NCBI RefSeq assembly: GCF_006345805.1
Contig: NW_021831989.1
Location: forward strand, 496,001-560,000
Reading direction: 5' to 3'
Origin: Octopus sinensis
Lineage: Eukaryota
Length of the DNA stretch: 64,000 bases
The position numbers and the translations under genes were made by a program. Below the pieces are notes generated by a model that was given only the letters and a program-made list of their open reading frames with translations, did not search any database and had not been told where the DNA came from. This document shows, piece by piece, positions 1-12,298 of this stretch. Each line of letters begins with the position of its first letter. Positions within the stretch are counted from its first letter, which is position 1.

Positions 1-670
1 CAGTGAAGTTATATTTAACCAGGCACCGCTGTGGGACGACGGGCCGTCTCAAAGGAGGCCAAACGATGTTGATCGATGGATGCACGGAATGATTTAATAC
101 GCGATTGAAGGCGAATTTCGTCCCAAGTAAATTGCCTTTGCGGAAGGTCCGGAATTTCGATACCAAGCGAGTACCACTTCAGGACCGCGATGATAACTTA
201 GGAGGCAATTAATGTTCAAACTTAGTTGAGAGAACCGTGCCCATGAGTTTCAGGCACGAAGAAAGTGACGAAAAGTACGCAGGCAGTGCGATATTATTCG
301 GACACCAAAGTCCGAGGTCTCCGTGACGTATAGGGAGTGATGCTTGGCTCCAATCCTAAGAATTAAATTCAACATTGCATATAGATTCAATCTTCGAGCA
401 AAGAGTTTCCAAAATCAGTGAGGATGTTTTCATGCAGAAAGCATGGTGCGCTTTTGAGGAAGTAAAGCAATTTGGGCAGAGCATAAAAGTTTTTGGCGAG
501 AAACAAGCCGACGTGGATGTCCAAGGTTGTGAGGCGGTCCAACAAACAGATGAGCTTGGAATGTTTAATACGAAGATCAGACTCAATAGCGGTTGATAGA
601 ATAAGGGATCCGAGAATCTGGAGATCGTTGACATCAGTCGTGTGTACTTTACCAAGGCCAGTGCGAAGGG
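1..670 (-). mobile_element. CRE-clade (RLE-type) non-LTR retrotransposon, degenerate fragment running off the window start
   Basis: Minus-strand peptides HVGLFLAKNFYALPKLLYFLKSAPCF and WSQASLPIRHGDLGL are homologous to the CRE-like ORFs at 10902 and 14114 (HVGFFLLRNYFSTPKLLYTLRSSPCF). Confidence 0.8.
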
Positions 671-674
671 ACGA

Positions 675-1075
675 TAATAGTTGGCAATAACTGTTAATAT
701 CCAATTATATCTATCGTTAAAATTTTTATATCTTCTAACATCATATGATCCGCATCTTTTATTTGGACTTTTTGCCGTTAAATAATAATTCGAATCGGAT
801 ACCTAAGTATCATTTTTGATATTTTCCAGTGGCATTTTTGGTAAATAGCAAATGCCACAGTCTTCATCTCCATTTCATTTCCATACAGATAATCAATTTG
901 TGTTTTTGGTTATTCTCGTCCTTTGGATAAAGACTATGAATTGAAAGTTAAAAATACCGATCATTAATTATCATAAATTGATTTGCTTTTTTATAAGTTT
1001 GTATTTTTCGGTTTTAGATTTAGTTTGTACGGGTTTTTGAGTAGAACATTTACAAGATTTTGGTGTTCATTGTCA
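675..1075 (-). mobile_element. Ginger2/integrase-type DNA transposon fragment (same family as 61950-62650)
   Basis: The reverse complement matches 61950-62250 at DNA level (atggagat..ggcatt.gctatt.accaa.aatgccactgg; atacttaggtatccgatt; gatgttagaagatataaa.attttaacgat.gatataattggatattaaca). It contains a 24-nt GT-AG mini-intron near 934-957. Confidence 0.7.
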
Positions 1076-1102
1076 TTTTTCACGTAACATAAGGATTGAG
1101 AC

Positions 1103-1831
1103 CAGTGTTCCCTCTAAGCGAGTGGTAGCTACGCGCGCTGGGCACATTGCATTGTGCAGCGTTATAAAGTGACGTGTGCAAAAAATTTTTGGGGGGGAAA
1201 ATTTTACAATTAAAAAACCAATGGTTAAAAAAATAGGTCTAGTCAATTGGATATTCTCTTCTGTTTTTATTTTGTATCCAAAATTTGTATACTCGATCAA
1301 GATCACTGTATTCCCACTTGTTAAGAACTTGATTCGCATGATCATCTCCAAATGGTCAATCTCAAGTCTATTACGTAGTTTAGTTTTGATACAGTTCAGC
1401 AAACTAAATCCACGTTCAGCATCAGCACTCGACGCTTGAAATGTGCCACAAATATCCACAAATGTTGCAGTGGCTGAAAATTTTTTCTCCGCTAGTATAT
1501 AGTAAATTACATCTTCAAATGTTTTCAAAGCACCAGAGTGCAGTTTTTCTTTTAAAATAAATAAATTTTTGAATCTGGTGTTAAGGTTTCGACGTACTCT
1601 ATCAACCATTCCGGCTTAAAAGAAGGAGAATTTTTCTTAAGTCTCATATCAATATTATAGACACGTTTTCGTTTTGAAATGAAAATAAGAATATATAAAT
1701 TCATATAAAAAATTAAAAAAAATAGCAATTTTTAATATTATACTTTCTACTGCGCAGAAAAAAATTTCGCTGCGCAGCAAGGTGCAAACTGCTGCGCGGC
1801 CGCGCACGCGCGCAGCTTAGAGGGAACACTG
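1103..1831 (-). mobile_element. Non-autonomous, internally deleted hAT transposon
   Basis: TIRs CAGTGTTCCCTCTAAGC at 1103 and its reverse complement ending at 1831. Perfect 8-bp TSD ATTGAGAC (1095-1102, 1832-1839). Residual hAT C-terminal dimerisation motif ASSADAERGFSLLNCIKTKLRNRL. Confidence 0.92.
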
Positions 1832-3593
1832 ATTGAGACTATCCTGATACATCTTTGAGAAGATACCATCTTTTAATTAAAATGACACTAAACCCTCTTT
1901 AAATAAATTATTTTCGTTATTAATTGAATGTCGAACTATGTAGGTCACGCTGTCAACAATGAAGGTCGCTCTGGTCGCCAGCGTGGGGATACATATTCCA
2001 TGACGGTGATTTCGGAAGGCGAGAATAGGGCTCATAATATTTTATTGTGTTTGAATGCTTTATTCTGATATATGTTCAAACGGACGAGGTTTGAAGGATT
2101 CCCGAGAGATTAATACACTACAATATTTGTGTAAATATCAGCGAGAATTTAGTAGAGCATGATATGCGGAGACGGCATATTCGAATTTATAATATTTTGT
2201 TTAATAAATATTTGTTTGTGTATATGCAATATTTAAAATAATTTAAATAAACTAATTTAATTTGGAGGGAAAATAGTTGGTAAATTGACTAGTTGAGTGA
2301 AATGATTCGCCCCCGGAATGTGAATGAAATGGCAACAAATGATGAAAACAAGGTACTACAATATCTACCAGTTTCTAGGAAAACTGGAAGCCATCTCAAA
2401 AAGTATGTCTCCCGAACGAGTATATTCAGTGCCCTCTCTGTTGCCATGAATCCTTCGTAGATGTCCGAAGCAGAATGATCATTTGCAGATTTTGTAGTCA
2501 CCGATTTTGCCGAATCTGTTTGTGCGCGAATCACTACTACAAAAGTACAACAAAATGCCCTTTTTGATTGCATTTAAAACAATGTTTCTCCAGCTTAGTG
2601 ATTTGTTGACCTATCTGTTTATGTTTAAAATATATATTCCCAACATTCAGTTTTAATTTCCCACAAAGCAATGGTTAATTTTCCCGCACTTTTTTAAATA
2701 CATTAGCTTATGTTCAATTAGACAAATTAACAAAATTTTCATCAAATGTAAAAAATATGTTTGTAATGGACATTTTTGTGAAGAAGGTAATAATAGATCA
2801 ATGAGAATACGTTCCTTGATATTAGTTCTATACTGGGATCACTCCTCCCAGAGAGACCGTGGAATAACATGGTAATGTGTGAACAGAAAACTCGATGCTT
2901 TCTGTCCGATTTTTGAAACCAGCCTAGAATGAGGAGACAGTGGCAAAGAGAAAAATAACAGGCAGTTAAAGCAGTTAACTTGTGTTCTATATGGTCAGAA
3001 ATCTTCGTTTGGATAGTTAATTTTGTCAAGCTTAGTGACAAAGACAACCTCAAGATATTTTCTCAAAAAAAGATACTTTAAAAATAATTGATGTTATTTC
3101 ACTTTGATCCTTGTAATAAATTTTAAAAAGTTTGCCAATAATCTGCCGTCATTCCAATGCTGTCAAACGTATGTGAACTAAAATTTGAAAGTATTGGGAA
3201 GCGATGCTTTTAATGTAATATTTGGCAACGAATTACAAAACTAGTCATAAAAATGAATAATTGTAATTACTATGTAATCAGGTTTGGCTAATTGAAATGT
3301 GGATCGTGATTCGATTCCAACGTCAATGAATTCTGTTATGTTGTGAACTATTAAAGTTGGAATTATTGGGCTTAGCGTGTTTAATGTCATAAATTTGGAA
3401 CAAAATTACAAAACTATCAATAATAATAAAGATTGTAGAATTTATGTAATCAGGTTGTATTGGTATGGTTCGAATGATGAAGATGGACGCTCAGAATGGT
3501 TTTTGTGGTTAGTTGACCCGGTCTGTGATAACTACAGTCAAAATATTCAAAAAGAAATCGAAATTTGATTCAAGTGTTTGTTATGGTGTAGAA

Positions 3594-3967
3594 CAGTGGT
3601 TCTCAACATGGGGGATATCACCCAAATGGGGCGATGAATTTTTAATTTGGGCGTTCGATTTGGAATAAAAATTTATAATTTTAATATATTCTATCTAATT
3701 TTTAATTTATAAAGATTAGTATATTCTAGTAATTTTGATAAAATAATACCCGTGTTATATATTTTTTCTTTCTTATTAATCGAAAGAGGATTTAGTCAAA
3801 AATTAATTGAACTTTTGTTTCTTTTCTTGATTTTTTTTTAAAAAAACACTATAAAAAATTTTATAAAGATTATTAATTAATAAATTCGATAATACTATCG
3901 ATAAAATATCTGGTTAGGCGATAAAAGTTCAAAAAGGGCGACGAGTAAAAAAGGTTGAGAACCACTG
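3594..3967. mobile_element. hAT (Charlie-type) MITE
   Basis: TIRs CAGTGGTTCTCAAC ... GTTGAGAACCACTG, 8-bp TSD GTGTAGAA/TTGTAGAA (7/8 match), AT-rich non-coding interior. Confidence 0.88.
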
Positions 3968-4037
3968 TTGTAGAATACTGTGGGTAGCCCATATATAACT
4001 AATTAATAATTAAGTCAAATTATTGAACCAAAGAGAA

Positions 4038-5013
4038 TTATAGAATAGGTGCAATCACGTGCAATAAAGACGACTTTTTGCTGAAATAAGAGTCCACGTG
4101 TTCTACATCAACCAGTCTGTCAAATACTAAATTCAGGTCGCGGCCTTCTTTCGAACAGATTTTCAATTCGGACTAAATATAAAATTGATGTGACTTACCT
4201 GAGAACATAACAATTCCGTGCCATTACGGGAAAAGGGGGTTTCATTTGGGTCGTAGTGGATTTTTAAATGATAAAAGTCTTTTCCTTCTTTTTGACAAAT
4301 TGTAAACTCGTGGCTTAACTCATTTTGTGAATTGACGTCTTCTGACAAAACTTGAATTAGAGGTTTCGTATTTTTATCGGTCGTCGGCAAAAGGGAATTG
4401 TCAAATTTTTTTCTTCATCTATTTTAAGGCCGGGGATTTTTATTTCGCGTTTTTCGCGCATGTTTTCTGAGTTGCTGGATACAAAAAATGTTTCAAGCCA
4501 TTTTGGATCGCCTTGGTATTTTGGAAGTCTGTTGTAGCCTTTCGACAAGTCAATTTCTATTTTGTGAACTTCCTTCAAAAAGGTGATAGAAAGTGAAAAA
4601 AGTTCATTAAATAATGGCTCAGTGACGACTGTTTTGGCTGTCGTGTCGTTGATGGCCAGCAGAAATATTCTGTCTACACAAAAATAATAGTAAAATTAAA
4701 ATTTTATTTAAATATTGGTTACCTCCGCTTTTTGAATGAGGATCAGTAAACTCCTTTGCAGTCATTGGGAGAGGATCTGTTTGAGACTTGGCAGGCGGAA
4801 TTCTGGAATCAGTACAATGTTGATTATTATGTCGACTTTATTAATCGAATCCACGGCCGAAATGGTCGAAAAATAAACTAAGGGTTTGGTCATATTTTTA
4901 TATTCTTCCATTTGACTGTTAATTAATCTGCGATAGTTTTCGGGATCTTTTTTAGCTAAATCATCCAAATTTGACCAAATTTGGTCGAGTTGTTCAAGCG
5001 AAATTTTATCCAT
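4038..5013 (-). CDS. PIH1D2: PIH1 domain-containing protein 2-like (R2TP/R2SP co-chaperone); two introns and two apparent 1-nt frameshifts
   Basis: N-terminus QIWSNLDDLAKKDPENYRRLI matches PIH1D2; internal IIINI-CTDSRIPPAKSQTDPLP and KPLIQVL motifs; CS-like C-terminus YFSKKSSLLHVIAPIL*. Frameshifts near 4816 and 4390. Confidence 0.75.
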
Positions 5014-5124
5014 TAAGCACAACTTATCCTAGCAACATTTTGGCATACAATCAGCAACATTAAATCTTAAAATAATAAAAAATAAAAGTTAAATAATGGA
5101 AATGTTCAAAATATTTTAGCCAAT

Positions 5125-7708
5125 GACCGGAAGAACTTGATGAATTCTATTCCACCCTTACACATTTATACAACACACTCAGATCTTCGTACATGTGTTT
5201 CATTGGTGGAGATTGGAACGCCAGAGCTGGGAAACCCAGACCCGGGGAAACGTGCATAGGATCCCATGAAAGAAACCGCAGAAATGTGCCTGGAACCGCC
5301 TTGATTCAATTTTGTACCTGTCTAGACCTATTCTTATGCAACACGGCATTCCGTCATCCGGCCAGACACAAAACAACATGGACTGGAACTAGAAAGGATT
5401 CAAGTGGAAACTACATACAAATATTTAACCAAATAGACTATATTCTCTGCAAAGCTGCCCATAAACATCTACTTCTGGATTCGCGGTCATATGGGGGGCT
5501 GGAGGCAAACAGCGACCACAAGCTAGTAATAACACGCATCGGACTATACAAGTCATACAAACAACTGAAAAAACCTACGTATGACAAACGAGAAAGCTAT
5601 AATCTTGAACTATTCCACGATGAAAATTTCAGACAGAAGTATGCAAACAAACTACAAGTAGAACTCGACGATATTGACACAACAAAACCTGCAAATACGA
5701 TATGGGATGCAGTGACCAGTTCAATGAAGAGGACAGCATTAAATGTTGTTGGAATCAATCAAAAGCAACACAAATTTCACAATAACGAGATTTTCTCCCT
5801 CTCAGAAAACCAGAAAGCCTTGAGGCTAAGAATACAGAACTCCAGAAATTCGGAAGACATAAGAGATCTTCGAAAATTACGAAACGTGATATTACTAAAT
5901 ATCAAGAAAATACAAAAAACGCTAGTATACAAAGAAACAGAAAAAAAATTCCAAAACATAGCAAAGCAAAAGGACGGGACAAGAATGTTTATGGCTATGA
6001 GACTGTTAATGAAAAAGTAGAGACAAAATTCGATTACTGTCTGGGACACCACGGGTGCTACCATCATCGACAACAAAAGTAAAGGAGATGCTATATCTAG
6101 ATTCTACTACAAAATGCTTAACTGGGAGGATGAGTCAGGCTACAAACCCTACCCACATACTGCAGGGGCACTAAGCTGCTTAATAAACACCTGTGAAATA
6201 TTGGATGCAATCAAGAAACTGAAAATCGGCAGGTCTTGTGGACAAGATAATATCCCACCTGAACTAGTAAAATACGCACCAGTGAAGCTTGCTGAAATCA
6301 TTGCATACATTCTGAACAAAGCATTTGAGCAGAACAACCAGCTGGACCTCGGCAAAGGATGGTTAATTCCACTACAGAAACACGGAAAACAAAAAGAACC
6401 TTTACTCAACTTAAGACCTATTATTCTACTAACGACGCTTCGGAAAACACTATCACTGGTTGCACTGGAGAGGATAAGAATCAAGGTGGAAAATTATCTG
6501 TCTCTGGGCAAAGTGGATTCAGAACTGGAAGGTCCACTGCTGATGTTATCTGGACGCACAGACGGACCGCTGCTTTATGTCAAAAATATAAACGATGTAC
6601 TGAGATTCTCGGAATTGATATGTCCAGAGCATTCGACTCTGTTTATAGAACCAAACTTGTGGATATACTTTCGAGCTTTCTAAATCAAGACGATGTCAGA
6701 ATCATCATAAAGCTACTACAAGGCACCCAATTGGCAACTAAACTTGGCAAAACTGAGTCAAATTACTTCTACACTTCACGGGGCATACCATAGGGTGACT
6801 CGCTGTCCCCAGTTCTGTTTATCGTCTACCTAGAAGCAGCACTCAGAGACTTCAGGCCTCTTGCTGACAATAGCAAATACAATGAGATAATATATGCCGA
6901 CGATGTCGACTTCGTTTCTGAAGACGCTGAAACCCTCCAGTACATTATTGAAACATTAACACATATATTTTCCAAATAGTTTCTAACAGTCAATCATAAT
7001 AAAACGGAATATACAAAAATTGTTCGCGCTGAACGCACCCACGATGAAGCCTGGAGAAAACATAAAAAAGTCGGATCACTCCTGGGTGACTCTGAAGATA
7101 TCACTCATAGAAAGATATTATCGATCGCTGAGTATAACAAATTTCTGAACATTTGGAGGTTAAGGAAACTGAATACAAAGACAAAACTAAAGATATATAA
7201 CACGTTTATTGTTCCTGTCTTGACGTATAACGGATCGACATGGGGAATCATTAAAGCTGATATGAACAGTTTGAACCAATTTCATCGAAATCAACTGAGA
7301 AGAATTATGAACATACAATTCCCAAGAAAAATATCTAACTCGGCCTTATACAACAGATCTAACTCGAGACCGATCTCCATGGGCATCCTGGAATCCAGAT
7401 GGAGACTTTTTGACCACATACTGAGACTGGACAACCTCGCTCCGCCGAACATCGCCATGGAAAACTATTTTGTCCAATCCAAAGGAGCTTTCCGTGGAAG
7501 ACCTAGAGTCACTCTACCTACCGCGTTAAACGAAGACTTGACAGGAGTAAACAAAAGACTGAAAAGTGGGGACGATCTTGATTCATTACGGACTATAGCA
7601 AAGAACAGGGGGGGCTTGGAAACGGATGTGTGTGAGGATACTGGCTGTGGCACAAGGAAAACTTAATTAAACTTATGATTTTCCGTCAGTGCTATATAAT
7701 AATAATAA
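5125..7708 (+). mobile_element. RTE-clade LINE, near full length, disrupted ORF (APE + RT)
   Basis: APE motifs GGDWNA, IDYIL, SDHKLV; RT motifs LRPIILL, QSGFR, GIDMSRAFD, YADDVDF; C-terminal RWRLF.HILR and RGRP; (TAA)n tail near 7697-7708. Multiple stops and frameshifts. Confidence 0.92.
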
Positions 7709-7852
7709 ATTGACAGTCTTCTAAAAAATACTCTTTAATGTCCATTTCCAAATTTTTCTCAAAATTAAAAGAATTCACATCTCCGATCATTTGTGGCAAC
7801 GTCTCACTTTTCAGCAAAAAGCTCCAAATTATTGATGAATAAGAAATAAAAT

Positions 7853-8560
7853 TATTATTATTAAAAGCACTTCCACAGAACCGAAGAATGTAAATTAACT
7901 AAGGTCCCGTTTGCGTCACACGTTTCGAGATTCTATTCACCAAGCTTCTCCATCGGTTCTTCTAGGTCGTCTGCATATTTGTGTTTTTTCCAATTTTATC
8001 AAGATCCTTGTTTAGAACAACAGTGGGAGTGTCTTTCTTTAAACGATGTATTGTTTTTATTATCAAAGTAATTGTCCATTGTAATGTTTGCGGAATTGTT
8101 TATGTTCATTCTAAGTACATGCCCAATAGCCTCCATCTTGATTAGATAATTTCAATGCTTATTGAAACCGATTGTGTCATAGAGTACAATTTCTTGTTGG
8201 AAATCTTCTTTGGCCAATCTAGGCCGAGTAAATTGCGTAATAGCTTTAGATGAAATGTGTTCATTTTTTGAGTTCTAACTCTGTGACTTCCCATGTACCC
8301 GAGTTGTACACAAGTACAGGCTTTATAGACGAGTTGTATAACCTTATTCGTAGCTCTGTTTTGATTAGCTTTTGTTGACTCCATATTTTTTGCATTTTTT
8401 ATACATTACACTGGTTAGGACTCTTTTATGCACCATGTCCTCACTATCACCAAGTAGGGATCCCAGTTTTCTTTTTTTCTTACAGTTTTCATTTATATTC
8501 TTATGTGTTCGGTCGTTTCTTTATTAACATGCAAGAACCAATTCTTAAATTAGTCGGGAT
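7853..8560 (-). mobile_element. RTE LINE 3' fragment (same family as 42530-45170)
   Basis: TFHLKLLRNLLGLDWPKKISNKKLY; (TAA)n tail; close DNA similarity to 44630-45170. Confidence 0.85.
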
Positions 8561-8679
8561 TTTTTTCAAAAACAAGTTTAAGTTAAAATACTAATACTTA
8601 ATTTACTATTTTTCAAAATATTTGTTACATTAAAAAAATAAAATAGTTCGCGTTATTTATTTGTTTTGATTAATTTGTG

Positions 8680-9186
8680 ATGGATTCGGATATTTACGAA
8701 GTTGAAGAAATACTCGATAAGACCAAAAGTACTGACGGAACAACAATCTACTTGGTTAAGTGGAAAGGTTATGGCCAGTATGCATTGTATATAACTCTCA
8801 GCGATGAAAATACATGGGAGCCCGAGGAAAACATATCTACACTATCCATAGGGATTTACGAAAATCGCAATAATTCCAAAAGAACAAGTCTTCCGCGAAG
8901 ATCAATAGACAATACTGCCAATAATAGTCAAACTCATTTAATCAGTGCTGAATGTCAGACCTCATTTTCTCAATACGAAGGGAAGACATTTGGTAGGATT
9001 ATGGGGGTCGTGAAGTACTCAGACGATGTTTATTTTTTGATGAAATGGTACATTTCAATACTCAAAATAAGGAAAAACCTGAGGAAACCTGAGCTGGTGC
9101 ACTCGGATGTTGTCAAAAAGAATTGGCCATATCAGGCTATTGATTTCATGGTGGAAAGAGCATGTCTGATTGATGATTCTAATTAA
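8680..9186 (+). CDS. HP1/chromobox protein (chromodomain + chromoshadow domain), two in-frame 24-nt introns (8778-8801, 9048-9071)
   Basis: YEVEEILD..YLVKWKGYGH|DENTWEPEENI chromodomain; IMG..YFLMKW|KNLRKPELV..VKKNWPYQAIDF chromoshadow. Removing the two GT-AG 24-mers restores canonical motif spacing. Confidence 0.9.
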   Translation: MDSDIYEVEEILDKTKSTDGTTIYLVKWKGYGQYALYITLSDENTWEPEENISTLSIGIYENRNNSKRTSLPRRSIDNTANNSQTHLISAECQTSFSQYEGKTFGRIMGVVKYSDDVYFLMKWYISILKIRKNLRKPELVHSDVVKKNWPYQAIDFMVERACLIDDSN

Positions 9187-9759
9187 TTCTCTTTTTTTAC
9201 TTATTCTATGATGATGGGCTACAATCCATTTTCTAAGAATTTAGTTGTTTAATGGATGCGTCGCCAGAAAAAGTAGGAATGGTGATTAAACTAGAAAAAC
9301 TGTGCCTCATATGTTTTTATTCATTTCTTCGTAGTGGAGGATGAAACAGTTTTGTGAACAAATAATCACTAAAGATGTGAAAAGTGGTTTTTTCATTTTT
9401 AAATATTTATTTTTGACCAATTGAGAAGATGGGTCATTAGGATTTAAAGATACCAAACAAGCAAGGCAAGACATCTGAAAATACGATTGTTTCTATCTTA
9501 AGAACTAGAGGGACAGTTTGCCTTTGAGACGACTAGTGTTATTTTTTTGAGCACCAAGATAAATGACTTTGGTTCCAATGGGTCTTATATGCAATCCTTC
9601 GGGGTTATTGTAAATCAATTTTTTGCCGCCTATATATCTTAATTATTGGGTTTTCAAAGCTTTAACGTCAAAAGCACAAGCATAATTCTAAACATTAGCG
9701 TTCAATATAAGCAAAAAACGTTTTTTTAGAAAATTCTGTCTTGCAGTATATATAGGAAA

Positions 9760-12245
9760 AACATTTCCGTCAGCCGAGGAAGCTCTAAGACGTATCCAAT
9801 CTGTCCGTTCCATCCGCCATATCCCTGCGCGGATTCCTAAAGCAGCCAGGTTTCAAGCTGCTCTCTCCTTGTCTACAGCTATCAATCGCGCTCTGTCCTC
9901 TAATGACCAGTGTGACTGGTTGCACCTTTTCGGTTTTGCTTTATTTGGTATCGGGATCCCGCCCTCTAATAGCAACTCCAAAAAACTTTCCCCCGCCTCG
10001 ATAATAAAGCAACAACTTACCCTTTTCGATCATTGTACTTCGTTGTTCTCTTCCCAGTTCGACTCTCTCCGTTCAGACTCCTCCCGTTCTGACTCTCACA
10101 AAAGTGATGCCCCTTCTCCCGTAGACAGTGAAACTTCTCCTGACAACAACTACTTTTGCCGCAGGGTAACTAGTAAATTAATGGATGGTGATGTCCGTGG
10201 AGCGGTCAGACTTGTTGCCTCTTCCAACCGACTGTTATCTCCTTCTCCATCCGTTTTGTCTAATCTGAGGTCTAAACACCCTCCGCATCCCGTTAATTAC
10301 CGCACACCACCTGCTATTGATTCGATTGCATTTCCACAACTACTAGTTTCCGCGGAACAAGTTGTGAAGGCACTCAAAAGTTTCTCCCCAAGCAGCAGTG
10401 GGGGCATCGACGGTTTGAAACCAGGACACATTAAGGATCTGATTTCTCCCCTAACTGCTGAGGCTGGTCGCCAACTATTGACTTCTATTACGGATCTATG
10501 CAACCGCCTTATCGGGGGAGATTTACCCGACTTTGCACGGACGATTTTCTTTTCCGCTAATCTCACCGCCCTGGGGAAAAAGATAATGGTGTTAGACCGA
10601 TCGCCGTCAGCAATATTTTTCGCAGATTGGCCGAAAAGCTTGTCTGCCACGCAGTAGTCCCCGAGCTGGCCCAAAAATTTCTGCCCGCGCAATTGGGAGT
10701 TGGAATCAGCGGAGGTTGTGAGTCGGCCGCCCATTCTGTAAGGGAACTAATAGAGACTCCAGAAGAATTCATTATGGTTAAACTGGACATCTCCAACGCA
10801 TTTAATACAGTCAGAAGAGATTTCCTGTTGGAGTCCTGCTATGCTCTTGCCCCCTCGGCTTATCGTCTTGTCATCTATCTTACTCTCAACCAAGTCTCCT
10901 CTTGTTCGGTGATTCCGTTATTGTATCTTCGACCGGTGTACAACAGGGAGATCCTCTTGGTCCTCTGTTATTTGCAATCTGCGTCAACTCCATCGCCCAC
11001 TCTGTCCTTTCCCCTATAAACATCTGGTATCTTGATGATGCTACAATATGTGGACCACCATGCTCTGTCCTAGAGGACCTTCGCGTAATTATCCCTGCCC
11101 TCTCATCTATTGGTCTTGAGATAAACTCTGCCAAATCCGAAGTTATAAATCTCAATATCGCACACGGAATTTTTGTCGAAACTATGGCCGTTCTGGAAGA
11201 TATTTTAAAAGGCGTGCGGATCACCGATAAAAAAAACCTCCTCATCCTTGGCTCCCCAATTGGTCGCGAGGCTTTGTCTCAAACTCTTATTGACAAGGCA
11301 GCTGTTCTGTCATGCATTATTCAAAGACTCTCTCTCATCGACGCCCACGTCGGGTTCTTTCTTCTCCGTAATTACTTTTCAACTCCGAAGCTCCTATATA
11401 CTTTAAGAAGCTCTCCGTGTTTTCACGAACAAAATCTCCTTTCCGATATTGAAAATATTCTGAAGTCCGGAGCAGAGTCGCTATTCAACGTACGTTTCGA
11501 CCCTCTGGGTTGGATTCAATCCACCCTGCCTGTAAGCTGGCTGGATGCTTTCCCTGTCCCTTCCACCGGTAACCTATTAGACAAGGATTGTCTACAAATT
11601 GGATTATCATTGCGTCTCGGATTGGAAATCTGCGAAATACATAAATGTCGTTGTGGTGCTGTTATTGACCGTTTCGGTCTACATCCCCTTTCCTGTCGTC
11701 GCAGTGCAGGGCGCGCACCACGCCATGCAGCACTTAACGACGTTATTCAGAGGGGGCTCACGGCCGCTGGAATTTCATCAATCCTTGAACCCGTTGGGCT
11801 CGCGAGGGGAGACGGAAAAAGACCCGACGGTCTAGCGACTTTCCCGTTTGAGTTCGGCAAGTCTCTGATATGGGATGCGACGTGTTCAGACACTTTCTCG
11901 GAGCTTAATCTTCCTTCTTCAGCTGTCGAGGCTGGCTCAGTCTCTCGCAAAACCGAGAAGATGAAGATCGGAAAGTACAAGGAGCTCTCAGAACGATATC
12001 TGTTCACTCCTATCGCCGTCGAGACTTCCGGCATCATCGGCGAAAAGTCCCTTTCCTTTTTGAAAAAGCTTGGCCGCATGATTTCCCATAAACGGGGAGA
12101 CCCACGCAAGTCCAAGTGGCTTCTCGAAAGGATTTCCTTGGCTATAGTACGTGGAAACTGTGTTTCCATTTACGAGGCCGGGAATTTAGTTAGTTAATAA
12201 CTATTTTATTCTTTAACAATTTAGGGCTATTAATTAAAAAAAAAC
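9760..12245 (+). mobile_element. CRE-clade non-LTR retrotransposon (RT + zinc knuckle + restriction-like endonuclease), frameshifted and internally deleted
   Basis: RPIAV, KLDISNAFN, GVQQGDPLGP, WYLDDATI, CRCG..HPLSC, RHAALND, KRPDG, WDATC, PIAVETSG; A-rich tail near 12236. About 100 aa are missing between LPV and SWLDA relative to the 14114 copy. Confidence 0.9.
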
Positions 12246-12298
12246 ATTAAAAAAATAGTATATTTTTTTAAACAAAAAACTGATTTTTGAACATTCAA

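Noticed and set aside
2289-3053. RGS-like gene suggested by ETYFLRWLPVFLET
   Set aside because: No consistent spliced model could be built, and the motif is too short to call.
9252-9478. Tiny spliced ORF (MDASPEK...ARQDI*)
   Set aside because: With such lax splice rules, short models arise by chance, and there is no homology support.
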